Assembly: GCA_046331705.1 (NCBI GenBank) | Contig: JAXLQJ010000003.1 | Coordinates: forward strand, 1-64,000 | Direction: 5' to 3' | Length of the DNA: 64,000 nt | Origin: a bacterium | Lineage (GTDB): Bacteria; JADJOY01 | Shown here: positions 11,015 through 21,515 of the stretch, in pieces | Position numbering within the stretch: position 1 is the first letter of the stretch | Layout of the letters: each line of letters begins with the position of its first letter | Program-made: the position numbers and the translations under genes | Notes under the pieces: model-generated | Seen by the model: the letters and a program-made list of their open reading frames with translations, nothing else | Databases searched by the model: none | What the model was told of the DNA's origin: nothing

Positions 11015-12682
11015 ATGCTGACCGTTGACGACGTGCGCACCATCCCCCTCTTCGCCGCGCTCGGCGCGTCGGACCTCGAGCGCGTCGCCGAGATGGCTGC
11101 CGACGTCCGCCTCGTGGCCGGCGAGTTCGCCGTGCCGGAAGGCGGCGAGCGCGCGCTCTACGCGGTGCTGGCGGGAAAGATCGAGGTCGTGAAGCTCGTC
11201 GACGGCGTCGAGCGCACGCTCGGCTGGCGCACGCCGGGCGCCATCTTCGGCGAGGTGCCGCTCACCCTCGGCACGCCGTTCCCAGGCGGCTATCGGGCGT
11301 CGGAACCGTCCCGCGTGCTGCGACTCGACGTGAAGCAGTACTACGCGATCGTCGCCGCCGCACCGGAGATCTCGCTGCACGTGAGCGCGCTCGCCCGCGA
11401 GCGCATCGGCGGCCTCCAAGGCATCGCCGCCGAGGCGCCCAAACCGCGCGTGACGATCTTCGGCGACCGCTGGGATTCCGCGTGTGGCGAGATCCGGCGT
11501 TTTCTCACGCGCAACGAGATCACCTTCGAGTGGGTGGCGCCGGGCTCGCCGGACCAGCCGAAGCGATGGCCCGGGCCGCCGCCTGCGGCGGACGAGTGCC
11601 CGGTGCTGCGCCTGGCCGACGGAACGCGGATGAGCCGGCCGACCCCGCGCGAGGTCGCGGTGCGCCTCGGGCTCGCGACGCAACCCGCGCTCGCGGAATA
11701 CGACACCGCGATCATCGGCGGCGGCCCCGCGGGGCTGGCGGCCGCCGTGTACGGCGCGTCGGAGGGGCTGCGCACGATCGTCATCGAGCGCGAGGCGCCC
11801 GGCGGACAGGCCGGCACCTCGTCGCGCATCGAGAACTATCTCGGTTTCCCGAGCGGTGTCTCCGGCGACGAGCTCGCCAGCCGCGCGCTCCGCCAGGCGA
11901 GACGACTCGGCGCGGAGCTCCTCGTGACGCGCTCGGTGGCGCGCTTCGATCCCGAGGCGCGCACGCTCTACCTCGACGGCGACGACGCCCTCCGTGCGCG
12001 CACCGTGATCCTGGCGACCGGAGTCACGTGGCGTCGGCTCTCCATCGAGGGCATCGACCGGCTCCTCGGAAAAGGAGTGTCGTACGGCGCGGCACGCAGC
12101 GAGGCGAACGCGACCCACGGCCTCCACGTCCACCTCATCGGCGCCGGCAACTCCGCTGGGCAGGCGGCGATCCACTTCGCCAGCCACGCCCGCGAGGTGA
12201 CGCTCATCGTTCGCGGCGATTCGCTCACGAGATCGATGTCGCATTACCTGATCGAGCAGGTGCGGAAGAAGGCGAACATCTCGGTGCTGTTGAGCTCGGA
12301 GGTCCGAGCGGTGCACGGCGACACGCACGTGACCGCGATCGACGTCGTGGATCGCACGAGCAACGTCACGCGCCGACACGAGTGCGGCGGCCTCTACGTC
12401 TTCATCGGCGCCGAGGCCGAGACCGCTTGGCTCCCAGCGAGCATCGCGCGCGACCACCGCGGTTACGTCCTGACGGGGGACGACGTCGTCAAGGCGGGCC
12501 GGTGGTCGCACCATCGCGATCCCTACCTGCTCGAATCGAGCGTTCCGGGAGTGTTCGCGTGCGGCGACGTCCGCCTCAGCCCCGTCAAGCGCGTCGCAGC
12601 AGCCGTCGGCGAAGGCAGCATGGCGATCGCCTTCGTGCACCAGTTCCTGCAGCACGAGCCCCACCACCCGCAGGCGAGCTGA
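11015..12682 (+). CDS. cNMP-binding domain + thioredoxin-reductase-like FAD-dependent oxidoreductase
   Basis: N-terminal cNMP fold (GAIFGEVPL); GGGPAGLAAA, GGQAGTSSRIENYLGFP, GAGNSAGQ, GVFACGDVR; RBS GGAGG. Confidence 0.92.
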   Translation: MLTVDDVRTIPLFAALGASDLERVAEMAADVRLVAGEFAVPEGGERALYAVLAGKIEVVKLVDGVERTLGWRTPGAIFGEVPLTLGTPFPGGYRASEPSRVLRLDVKQYYAIVAAAPEISLHVSALARERIGGLQGIAAEAPKPRVTIFGDRWDSACGEIRRFLTRNEITFEWVAPGSPDQPKRWPGPPPAADECPVLRLADGTRMSRPTPREVAVRLGLATQPALAEYDTAIIGGGPAGLAAAVYGASEGLRTIVIEREAPGGQAGTSSRIENYLGFPSGVSGDELASRALRQARRLGAELLVTRSVARFDPEARTLYLDGDDALRARTVILATGVTWRRLSIEGIDRLLGKGVSYGAARSEANATHGLHVHLIGAGNSAGQAAIHFASHAREVTLIVRGDSLTRSMSHYLIEQVRKKANISVLLSSEVRAVHGDTHVTAIDVVDRTSNVTRRHECGGLYVFIGAEAETAWLPASIARDHRGYVLTGDDVVKAGRWSHHRDPYLLESSVPGVFACGDVRLSPVKRVAAAVGEGSMAIAFVHQFLQHEPHHPQAS

Positions 12683-12888
12683 CGCCGCGCGCCACGCTGC
12701 GTGGGCGGTGCGGCGCCCGCCACTTCCGCGAGCCCGCGACCCACGCCGTGGACGGTAGGCACGACTTGGCGCACGAATCCTCCCAGGGCGCGCCCGAAGG
12801 CGCTCGCGCGCGATGGATCGGGGTTCTCCGGCGCGCCGAATTGTGGAAGGGTTCGGCCCTCGTCCTCGCACCCTTCCGGAGGTCCACC

Positions 12889-14331
12889 ATGCCGTTGCCC
12901 CGCGCCGGTCGTCCCAAGGCAGAGCTGCTCGCCGAGCTGCGCGCGTTCAAGGCGCGCGACGTGCCGTGGGAAGAAGGCCGCGTGATGACGTCGATCTTCC
13001 TCGCCACGCGTGAAGGTCGCGAGGTGGCGGAGGAGGCCTACACGCTCTACTTGTGGGAGAACGCCCTCGATCCGTCGGCGTTCGCGAGCCTGCCGCGGAT
13101 CGAGCGCGAGGTGGTGGCCATGGCGCGCGACCACGTGCGCGGCGGCGCGGACGTGGTCGGCTCGTTCACGTCCGGCGGCACCGAGAGCTGCATGCTGGCG
13201 GTGAAGACCGCGCGCGATTGGTGCCGCGCGCACCGGCCCAACGTGACGCGGCCAACGCTCGTGATCCCGGCCACCGCCCACCCCGCGTTCCACAAGGGCT
13301 GCCAGTACTTCGGCGTGGAGGCGGTGGTGACTCCGGTGGATCCGGTCAGCTTCCGCGCCGACGTGGGCGCGATGGCCGCCGCGATCACCGATCAGACGAT
13401 CCTGCTGGTGGGATCGGCGTGCTCGTTCCCGCACGGCGCCGTGGACGACATCCCGGCCATCGGCCGGCTGGCGCTGGAGCGGGAGCTGCTGTTTCACGTC
13501 GACGGCTGCATCGGCGGCTTCTTGCTGCCCTTCTGGCGCGAGATGGGCGCCGACGTGCCGGAGTTCGACTTCACGGTCCCCGGCGTCTCGAGCTTGTCGA
13601 TGGACTTTCACAAGTACGCGCTCTGCGCGAAGGGCGCATCCGTGGTGCTCTACCGCGACGCCGAGCTGCGGCGTCACCAGTTCTTCTGCTACTCGAACTG
13701 GCCCGGCTACGCCGTGGTGAACGCGACCATGCAGAGCTCGAAGTCGGGAGGGCCGCTGGCCTCGACGTGGGCCACGCTCCAGCACTTCGGCCACGACGGC
13801 TACCTGGCGATCGCTCGCAAGCTCGCGGAGGCGACCGCGCGTTGCCTCGAGATCGTCGCGGGAATCGAGGGATTGCGCGTCGTCGGCGAACCGGCGATCT
13901 CGCTCTTCGCCATCGGCGCCGACGGTGAGAGCGGAGCCGACGTGTTCGCTGTCGCCGATCGCATGGAAGCGCGCGGCTGGCACATGTACCCACAGCTCGG
14001 CCGCTTCGGTTCGCCGCCGACGCTGCACGTCACGATCCTGCCGTGGGTGGCGGAGCGCGTGGACGCGTGGGGCGACGATCTGCGTCAGGTCGTCGCGGAA
14101 GTGCGCGCCCAGCCCGCACCGACCGACGGCGGCGGGCTCGCGGCCATGGCGGCAGGTCTCGACCTCGCGGCGCTCGACGCGAAGCAGATCGAGGAGCTGA
14201 TGGCCTTCGCCGGCATCGATCCTCAGGCGCTCGGCGGCGAGCTGGCCGAGATCAACCACCTTCTCGACGCGCTGCCGCCGGCGGTCGCCGACGAGGTGTT
14301 TCGGGTCTTTCTCGACCGCCTCACCCGCTGA
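12889..14331 (+). CDS. PLP-dependent group II decarboxylase/lyase, sphingosine-1-phosphate lyase-like
   Basis: TSGGTES, AHPAFHKG, HVDGCIGGFLLPF, FDFTVPGVSSLSMDFHKY (PLP lysine), KGASVVLYR match the SPL pattern; RBS GGAGG. Confidence 0.85.
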   Translation: MPLPRAGRPKAELLAELRAFKARDVPWEEGRVMTSIFLATREGREVAEEAYTLYLWENALDPSAFASLPRIEREVVAMARDHVRGGADVVGSFTSGGTESCMLAVKTARDWCRAHRPNVTRPTLVIPATAHPAFHKGCQYFGVEAVVTPVDPVSFRADVGAMAAAITDQTILLVGSACSFPHGAVDDIPAIGRLALERELLFHVDGCIGGFLLPFWREMGADVPEFDFTVPGVSSLSMDFHKYALCAKGASVVLYRDAELRRHQFFCYSNWPGYAVVNATMQSSKSGGPLASTWATLQHFGHDGYLAIARKLAEATARCLEIVAGIEGLRVVGEPAISLFAIGADGESGADVFAVADRMEARGWHMYPQLGRFGSPPTLHVTILPWVAERVDAWGDDLRQVVAEVRAQPAPTDGGGLAAMAAGLDLAALDAKQIEELMAFAGIDPQALGGELAEINHLLDALPPAVADEVFRVFLDRLTR

Positions 14332-14398
14332 CGGCCCGCGCGCGGGATCGCGCGGGGCGCTGCGCCCGCGGCGCACCCGCGCTTGCCGCGGACCCCGC

Positions 14399-16729
14399 TC
14401 AGCCGGCGAGCGCCGCGGCCCGCGCTTCCGCCCGCTCCCACATGCGCAGGTAGCCCTCCGCCGAGCGGAAGAGCGGTTCCAGGTCGGCATCCGAGAAGCC
14501 GATGCCGCGCGCGTCCTGGATGAGCTCCGGCAAGAGCCCGATGTGGATCATCCCCTCCGTCGCGAAGTCCACCACTCGGTTGCCGAGGTGCGGCAGCTCG
14601 AACTCGACGTCGTCGGCGTAGGAGCGAAAGGGATACGTGACCGGACTGTCCTGCCCAGGCGGACAGTCGTTGTCCGGACCGAAGCGCGGACGCGGCCCGC
14701 CCGCGAATCCGTTGAAGTCGAATCCAAAGCCCTGTGCCGGGTAGAGCCCGTGCGCCGCGATGCTCGCGATCCGCTCGCGGTAGTCGCGCGCCGGGTCGTC
14801 GCCGGGATTGCGGGTGTCCTGGCAGCGGCGGAGGCCCGTGATCGACACGCCGCCCAGCGTGTAGAGATCGCCGCGGTTGTCGCTGCCGTGGCTGCCCACG
14901 GCGGGATAGTCGTACTCGTGCAGGATCTCGTACGCGCGCTGATACGAGCGGCGCGGAAGGTGATCGACCTCGACCAGCATCCCTCGCCGCATCATCTCGC
15001 GGAGCAGCGTCTCGCCGAGCGGCTGGAGAGTCGCGTTCTGGCAATAGTTTCCCTCGAGCGGGCCAGCCAGCAGATCGGCAGCGTAGGGAAGGATCGTCCT
15101 GAGCGGCGTCTCGAAGATGGCGCCGGGCTCGATCACCGGCGGCGCCAGGTAGTCCTCGCGCGGGCGGTTGAGCCCGCCGAAGGTGACGCCGCCGTGATCG
15201 TAGAACGCGCCGTTGTCGGGGCAATCGACGTCCGTGTAGTTCGGGAAGCGGCCGGTGTTGGCGATGTTGCCGAGCTCGAGGAAACCGCGACTGCCGTCGC
15301 CGGGGCCGAAACCGTTGTCGAGCTTGTGCACCGGGAAGATCCCGCGGATGCCGAGCGCGTGGTAGTGGTCCAGCTTGGCGCGCACGGTGTCGGCGTCGCA
15401 AAGCGGAAACCCGGGTCGGGCGTCCAGGAAGCAGTCGAAGAGATTGGTGGTCTCGATGCCGAGGATCACCGCCAGCTTGCCGTCGCCGATCACGTGGCGG
15501 GCTTCGGCGGGCGACGTCACGATCCGGAACCAGCCCTTCCCCGGTCCGCCGGCGTGGGCGTCGATGTAGCGCTCCATCGCGTACGCGGCGTCGATCTCGC
15601 GATCGACCGACACCATCTCGTTGCACGAGAAGCGCGGCGTCTGGGCACCGATGGTGTTCATGAGCTCGCACAGCACCTCGTTGGTGGTCGCGTGCTGCAC
15701 CATGAGCCGAACGCCCCCGAGATACGCGCGCTCGAGCCAGCGGTGGTAGAGCGCTTGGTGCGTGGACGTCTTCCAGATCTTCGGCCAGTCGACGAACTCG
15801 GGGTAGCCCTCGGTGTGATGGTTGAACTCACCGATGCTGCCGGTGAGGACCGCGCGCGCGAGCTTCGCGTAGTCGATCTCGCCGCCGTCGTAGACGTAGG
15901 TGAGCACGTCCCGCTCCCCACCGGGGCCATGGAAGCGCTCGCAGCTCCCCAGCGCGTGCTCGACTCCCAGCGGATGGAAGGGCGCGCCGTGGAACACGCC
16001 GCCGGCGCCGAAGCCCAAGTTCGAGAACAGGTGCTCGTGCGCGTCCACGATGCCGTAGAGATCGCCGTCGTCGAAGTGGGTCTTGGATACGCCGCCCGTG
16101 GCGTCGAGGGTGAGCTCCTCGAACGGCGTGCAGCCGCTCACCTCCACGAACGCGACTTGCAGCGCCTGCGACGGCTCGGCGACGAGACCGCCCCGGCCGA
16201 GGTATTGCCCGGCGGCGACGTTGGTCAGCACGAAGCGCCGTGGCGCGCCCCGGACGAGCTCGGTTCGCCACAACGCCGGCGAGAGGTAACCGTCCTCGTT
16301 GCGCGTCACGTCGGACTCGAGCCAGGCGACCCGACCGAGGGTGCCGCCGTCGCTCGCGATCAAGTAGCGCTCGTCGACGTCGCGCAGCAGATACACGCCG
16401 AGATCGGCCGGCTCGGCGACGAAGCGCGCCGCTGCTGCCGCGTCGGCGGCCGCGAACGCGAAACCCGCTCCGTCGCCGGTCGCGGCCAGGAAACGATCGG
16501 CGGCTCCGCCGCCCCCCGCCGCGCCGAGCGCGTAGCAGCCGTTGGCGAGGGCGTAGACGGCGTCGCTTCGTCCATCGAGGCGGGGCGCGTCTCCACCTCC
16601 CCCGCAGCCCGCGAGCCCCGTGATCCAGACGGCACACGCGAACCGGCCGAGCGCAGCCAGCGCACCGTCGCGACTGCGGGTCGCGGCGTGTGCGCGCGAT
16701 CGCGCATCCTCGGCTTCCTCCCTTGGCAT
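14399..16729 (-). CDS. Lipoprotein amidohydrolase (membrane dipeptidase fold), sphingolipid ceramide N-deacylase-like
   Basis: Lipobox LAGC; VDAHEH, HQALYHRWLERAYLGGVRL, GKLAVILGIE, FPVHKLDN, EVDHL, GSHG, GFDFNGF, EGMIHIGLLPE. SCDase similarity is recalled, not searched. Confidence 0.75.
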   Translation of the reverse strand: MPREEAEDARSRAHAATRSRDGALAALGRFACAVWITGLAGCGGGGDAPRLDGRSDAVYALANGCYALGAAGGGGAADRFLAATGDGAGFAFAAADAAAAARFVAEPADLGVYLLRDVDERYLIASDGGTLGRVAWLESDVTRNEDGYLSPALWRTELVRGAPRRFVLTNVAAGQYLGRGGLVAEPSQALQVAFVEVSGCTPFEELTLDATGGVSKTHFDDGDLYGIVDAHEHLFSNLGFGAGGVFHGAPFHPLGVEHALGSCERFHGPGGERDVLTYVYDGGEIDYAKLARAVLTGSIGEFNHHTEGYPEFVDWPKIWKTSTHQALYHRWLERAYLGGVRLMVQHATTNEVLCELMNTIGAQTPRFSCNEMVSVDREIDAAYAMERYIDAHAGGPGKGWFRIVTSPAEARHVIGDGKLAVILGIETTNLFDCFLDARPGFPLCDADTVRAKLDHYHALGIRGIFPVHKLDNGFGPGDGSRGFLELGNIANTGRFPNYTDVDCPDNGAFYDHGGVTFGGLNRPREDYLAPPVIEPGAIFETPLRTILPYAADLLAGPLEGNYCQNATLQPLGETLLREMMRRGMLVEVDHLPRRSYQRAYEILHEYDYPAVGSHGSDNRGDLYTLGGVSITGLRRCQDTRNPGDDPARDYRERIASIAAHGLYPAQGFGFDFNGFAGGPRPRFGPDNDCPPGQDSPVTYPFRSYADDVEFELPHLGNRVVDFATEGMIHIGLLPELIQDARGIGFSDADLEPLFRSAEGYLRMWERAEARAAALAG

Positions 16730-16967
16730 CGTTCGCCTCGCCTCCCGGGTGCGCGCTCGGACGACGACGCGCTCACACCGCTCGTTGCCGGATCGGATCG
16801 GCGCAGATTCTCACTCGAGGTCGCGCGCCCGCAACCCGGCAACCGCGGCGGCGCTCGCGTCACGACGCGATCCGAACGCACACCGCTCACGCGGCGCGGA
16901 TCTGGCGCGCGCGCTCCGATGCGGGATAGAGTCCCGCATCCTGGTTTTTCCCGATGAGGCAACCCAC

Positions 16968-17966
16968 GTGAACCACGACCGCCGCATTCTCGACACCGGC
17001 GTGGCGCTGATCGCCGCGCTCGCTCTGCTCGCTCCCGTCGCCGCGCGTGCGGCGACCTACGGCTACCGCGACGAGGCCGGTCATTTCCACGTGGTCTCCG
17101 ACGAGCGCCAGATCCCGGAGCGCTACCGAGCCGGCGCCGTGCACGCCGACGAGCCCGCGCCCGCCAAGCGCGCCGCTGCTCCTGGCGCCCAGCAGGGCGC
17201 GAAGGACGTCGGTGGCCGCGCCGAAAGCACCCCCGCCGCATCGAACCCCGAGCCCGAAGGCTCCGGCGCGGGTGCGGCCGGTACCCAACCGGCAGCGCAG
17301 CCGATCGTGATCAACTCGACCGATACCTCGAGCCCGCACGTCGTGACCGAGGTCGTCTTCGAGGGATCCGTGCCCCAGAAGATGCTCGTCGACACCGGCG
17401 CGAGCATCACGACCATCTCGGTCGAGACCGCCCGGCGCCTCGGCTTCAGCGCGAGCCGGCCGCTCGCCTACGCGCTGATGAGCACCGCGTCCGGCGAGGC
17501 GCTGATGCCGATCACCCGCGTGAAGAGCGTCGACGCATCCGGTGCGCGGGTGCGCGACCTGGCGGTGGTCGTGAACCCCTACATGACGGGCGCGGGGCTT
17601 CTGGGCGTCGATTTCCTGGGTGAGTTCAACTACACGTTCGATTCCGGCACCCAGTCGCTCACCCTCTCGCCCCTCGACCCCAACCCACGGCCGGGTGTCT
17701 ACGGCGGTCATCCCGAGGCTTGGTGGAAGTCGCGTGCCGCGTCCCTGCGCGGACACCTCGCCAGCGCGCGCAAGGTTCGCGACTGGGTGGACGACGAGCT
17801 GAACGGCCGCAACTCGCACCTCAAGACCCTCATCCCTTCCTCGAGCCCCTGGTCGGCGCGCGACATCATCGCTTTCCACGACGGATCGGTGCGGTTCTGG
17901 GAGCAGGAGCTGCGGCGGCTGGAGGTGGCCGCGTCGAGCGCCGGCCTGCGCACCGGCCTTCGATGA
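16968..17966 (+). CDS. Secreted retropepsin-like aspartyl protease with N-terminal DUF4124-like domain
   Basis: Signal peptide; YGYRDEAGHFHVVSD...IPERYR; catalytic MLVDTGAS and GLLGVDFL. Confidence 0.88.
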   Translation: MNHDRRILDTGVALIAALALLAPVAARAATYGYRDEAGHFHVVSDERQIPERYRAGAVHADEPAPAKRAAAPGAQQGAKDVGGRAESTPAASNPEPEGSGAGAAGTQPAAQPIVINSTDTSSPHVVTEVVFEGSVPQKMLVDTGASITTISVETARRLGFSASRPLAYALMSTASGEALMPITRVKSVDASGARVRDLAVVVNPYMTGAGLLGVDFLGEFNYTFDSGTQSLTLSPLDPNPRPGVYGGHPEAWWKSRAASLRGHLASARKVRDWVDDELNGRNSHLKTLIPSSSPWSARDIIAFHDGSVRFWEQELRRLEVAASSAGLRTGLR

Positions 17967-18035
17967 CGCACCCGTGATCTCGCCGCGCCGCCCATCGGCG
18001 TGAGCTGGCCGGGGAATGGAGCGAGACTCGCCGCC

Positions 18036-20708
18036 ATGATTCGGCGCGCGCAGCGGCGTCGGCACACGGCCCCGCGAAGCGGGTTGCGCGCAGCCGCGCT
18101 CGTTGCCGTGTTCGCACTGTTCACCTGCGCGCCGCCGGGCTGCGGCGGTGGGGACGACGGCGGCGCCGTGCGCGGCGACGCGCCACCGATCGCCCGCGTG
18201 CGCGTGCCGGCATTCGCTTCCGCGGGTGCGACGGTCGGCGTGAACGCGCTCGCTTCGGGCGGCGCCATCGAGCGCTACCGCTTCGAGTTCGGCGACGGCT
18301 CGCGAGCGATCGCGGGAGCGAGCGGCTACGTGCTGCACCGGTTTCGCGCCGCCGGCCACTACACCGTGCGGGTCACGGCGAGCGGTCCCGGTGGAAGCGA
18401 CTCGGCGCAGCACGAGGTGGAGGTCGCGGCCGAGCCGGGCCCCATCCCGCGCTTCGATCTGCCGAGCGATCGCGCGCGGCCGTCGTGGGGCGAGATCCCG
18501 TGGCCGAGCGATCTCGACCGCGACGACGCCGGCAAGGTGGCCATCGACGGCGTGAACGTCGCCAACGCCGTCGCGAAACGCGTGCTCGAGACCGGCCTCG
18601 ACTCGCTACACGGGTTCGGCACCAGCGCCGCAGCCTACGTGTGGATCGACGGGGATCTCGATCCCACCGCGCTACCGACCACACCCGACGAGACCGTCGC
18701 CCTGGGCAGCCCCATCGTGCTCGTCGTCGCCGATCCCGACTCGCCCCACTACCGCGAGCGCGCGCCGGTGGTCGTGGGCTGGGACGCAGCCGACCGCCGC
18801 TTGTCGATCCTGCCCGTGCCCGGAGTGCCGCTTCGCCCCAAGACCCGCTACGCGCTGGTGGTGCGCACCGATGCGTGGGGCGAGCGCGGCGGCGGACCGA
18901 CGGCGAGCCTCACCGCGCCCGCGACGCTCGCCGCGCTGCTGGCCGGTGAGACGCCCGCGGTCCCGTGCGGCGCGAAGGCGCGAGCGCTCACCGACACCCT
19001 CGCGTCGGCGCTCGCCGACGCGCCCGACTTCCCGGACGGCGATCTGAGCGGGATCGCCGCAGCGACCGTCTTCACCACGCAGCCGATCGCCGACGATCTG
19101 CTCGCGATCCGCAACGCGTTCGACAGCGGCGACCCGGCGATCCCCGCGCCGGCACCGCGCTTCGATGCACAATTCGTCTTCGGCGCCGGCGGCCGCGCCA
19201 CCCTCGACGCCCTCCTCGGCCCCCAGCCCGACGACAAACCCGGCCTCGAGCCACGCGCTCACCAGCACGTCGCCACGATCGTCACCCGAGCCTGGTTCCG
19301 CGCGCCGCGCTACCTCTCGCCGGACGCGCACTTCCTCGACGCCCATGGCGGCACCTTCGTGGTCGCGGACGGCGCGCCGCAGGTGCAAGGCGTCTGGGAG
19401 ATCCCGTTCAGCCTGGTGCTGCCCATCGCGCCGCCGGGCCCGGCGGGCTATCCGGTGGTGATCGCCCAGCACGGCCTCGGTGCCGAGCGCTCGCAGGAGC
19501 TGTTGCTCGTCGCGAACGCGCTGGCTGCCGAGGGCTTCGCCGTCGCCTCCATCGACGCGATCCAGCACGGCGACCGGCTCGACCTCACGAGCATCGCTCC
19601 CGAGACCTTTGCGGTGCTGGGGCCGGTCTTCCGCTCCCTCGGCTTCGACATCGCACCGCGCGCGGTGGACGAGCGCCCCAACTACCCGGCGAGCACCCTC
19701 GTCGGACCCGACGGTTGGGCCGACGACGGCGACAGCGACGGTGCGCGAATCGGGCTCATCGACGCGCTCGTGAACCTCGCGGGCTTCCGCGACAACCTGC
19801 GCCAGAACGTCGTCGATCACATCGCGTTCGCCCGCATGCTGCGCGAATTCGACGCCGAGATCCCGGGCGTCGGCCGCGTCCGCTTCGACCCCGCGAATCT
19901 CTACTACTCGGGCACCAGCCTGGGCGGTGTGCTCGGCGCCAACTTCGTCGCGTTCGAGCCCACGCTTCGCGCCGCCAACCTCCACAGCGCCGGCGGTGCC
20001 TTGGGCGTCAACCTGCTCATCCACTCGCCCGGCATCGGCGGGCTGGTCGAGCCCTTGCTCACGGTCGTCTTCGGCGCCCGGCCCGAAGCCCTGCGCGACG
20101 ATTTCTCGCCGCTCGTGAACCTCGCGCAGACGGTGCTCGACGCGGGCGATCCCATCAACGTCGCGCGTCACGCGATCCGCGAGCCGCTCGCGGGGGCGTC
20201 TGGTCCTTCGCGCCCACGCTCGGTCCTGATGCTCGAAGCCATGTGGGATTGGCTCATCCCCAATTCCTCCACCGAGGCGCTGGCGCGCTCCTTCGGCCTC
20301 GCGCTCCTCGAGCCGTCGTATCGCGACGTACCCGGCGTGCCGGCGGGCGGGCCCCGCATCGAGGGAAACGTGAACGCGGTAACGGGTGCGCTCGCTCAGT
20401 ACTCACCCGCCGAACACGGCACGATCTACACCTCGTGGCAGGGACGGATCTCGTACGAGATCGGCTTCCCGTTCGCGAGCGGCGAACGCTTTCGCCCGCT
20501 CGCCCACGACTTCACCGTGCGCCAACCCGTGGAAGCCGCCATGGATCAGGTCCGCGACTTCTTCCTCACCGCCCGCGACGGCGGACCGGGCATCGTCGAG
20601 ATGAAGCGCGGCTACGCGCCCCGTCACGACTACGACGACGACGGCTTCCTCGACGACGACGAGACCGCCGCCGGCACCGACCCCAACGATCCCACCTCGC
20701 ATCCGTGA
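18036..20708 (+). CDS. PKD-domain lipoprotein alpha/beta hydrolase (lipase-like)
   Basis: PKD pattern YRFEFGDG...HRF..AGHYTVRVT; VIAQHGLG; nucleophile elbow GTSLGG; acidic Ca-binding-like tail DYDDDGFLDDDE..GTDPNDPTSHP. Confidence 0.8.
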   Translation: MIRRAQRRRHTAPRSGLRAAALVAVFALFTCAPPGCGGGDDGGAVRGDAPPIARVRVPAFASAGATVGVNALASGGAIERYRFEFGDGSRAIAGASGYVLHRFRAAGHYTVRVTASGPGGSDSAQHEVEVAAEPGPIPRFDLPSDRARPSWGEIPWPSDLDRDDAGKVAIDGVNVANAVAKRVLETGLDSLHGFGTSAAAYVWIDGDLDPTALPTTPDETVALGSPIVLVVADPDSPHYRERAPVVVGWDAADRRLSILPVPGVPLRPKTRYALVVRTDAWGERGGGPTASLTAPATLAALLAGETPAVPCGAKARALTDTLASALADAPDFPDGDLSGIAAATVFTTQPIADDLLAIRNAFDSGDPAIPAPAPRFDAQFVFGAGGRATLDALLGPQPDDKPGLEPRAHQHVATIVTRAWFRAPRYLSPDAHFLDAHGGTFVVADGAPQVQGVWEIPFSLVLPIAPPGPAGYPVVIAQHGLGAERSQELLLVANALAAEGFAVASIDAIQHGDRLDLTSIAPETFAVLGPVFRSLGFDIAPRAVDERPNYPASTLVGPDGWADDGDSDGARIGLIDALVNLAGFRDNLRQNVVDHIAFARMLREFDAEIPGVGRVRFDPANLYYSGTSLGGVLGANFVAFEPTLRAANLHSAGGALGVNLLIHSPGIGGLVEPLLTVVFGARPEALRDDFSPLVNLAQTVLDAGDPINVARHAIREPLAGASGPSRPRSVLMLEAMWDWLIPNSSTEALARSFGLALLEPSYRDVPGVPAGGPRIEGNVNAVTGALAQYSPAEHGTIYTSWQGRISYEIGFPFASGERFRPLAHDFTVRQPVEAAMDQVRDFFLTARDGGPGIVEMKRGYAPRHDYDDDGFLDDDETAAGTDPNDPTSHP

Positions 20709-20814
20709 GCCGAGGCGCCTCGCGCCGCTCGCCGCAGCCGGTAGCGGGCTATCGATACTTGCCTGGCGTGCTACCTGGGCGTCGTGGGGCTTGTCGTCGC
20801 TCGCGCCCACTCCA

Positions 20815-21125
20815 AGACCTCTGAAGTCGTCCACGATCACGCGCTTGGGGTTGGCCCCGCCGCTGATCTCCTGGGTGGGGTTGAAGAGCGGGAAGGCCGA
20901 GGATGCCGGGTTCCCCACACCGATCAGCACCCCGGTGTAGATCGGGTCGTCGTCGTTCACCGTGGCGCCGCGGATGTCGATGGTGCCGGTGCCGCCGTTG
21001 GCGTGCACCTCCACCTCGGTCGAGCCGTTCCCCGGGGCGCGAAGGTTGGCGCTGGCGAGGACGACGTTGGAGGCATCGGACTGGATGTCGACGTTACCCG
21101 ACGCTTCCAGGATCGCGGCCGAGAG
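20815..21125 (-). pseudogene. Coding-like fragment of a beta-rich secreted protein, at the island boundary
   Basis: Stretch AAILEASGNVDIQSDASNVVLASANLRAPGNGSTEVEVHANGG...VIVDDF has protein-like composition and GC-ending codons, but no credible own start or stop. Confidence 0.4.
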
Positions 21126-21169
21126 CGTCACCCGCACCTTCCTGGGGAGGATCGGCATCGCCCGCCGTT

Positions 21170-21186
21170 GGTCCCAGATTGGGACC
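21170..21186. promoter_or_regulatory. Palindromic operator upstream of higB (probable HigA site)
   Basis: GGTCCCA-GAT-TGGGACC perfect 7-bp inverted repeat, 16 nt before the higB GTG. Confidence 0.75.
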
Positions 21187-21202
21187 GTGATATTCATATC
21201 GC

Positions 21203-21502
21203 GTGAGGATCATCGCGCTGAGCACCCTCAAAGCATTCCTCGCGCGAGCTCCTCACGGCGACGCTCGCGATCCAGCGATGGCGTGGTACCGCCAGGTCCG
21301 CGCTGCCGACTGGGCCAACCCCGCCGACCTCAAGCGCGACTTCGGCTCGGCCAGCGTCCTCCGCGATGGTCGGGCCGTGTTCAACATCGCTGGCAACAAG
21401 TACCGCATCGTGGTCTGGATCAACTACCCGTACCGCGTCGTGTACCTGCGGTTCATCGGCACACACCGGGAACACGACGAGATCGACGCGCAAACGATTT
21501 GA
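21203..21502 (+). CDS. higB: Type II TA toxin, HigB family mRNA interferase
   Basis: MRIIALSTLKAF...W..P.DLK.DFGSAS...VFNIAGNKYRIVV.INY....YLRFIGTH.E.D; toxin-first gene order. Confidence 0.93.
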   Translation: MRIIALSTLKAFLARAPHGDARDPAMAWYRQVRAADWANPADLKRDFGSASVLRDGRAVFNIAGNKYRIVVWINYPYRVVYLRFIGTHREHDEIDAQTI

Positions 21503-21515
21503 GGAGCGAAGATCG

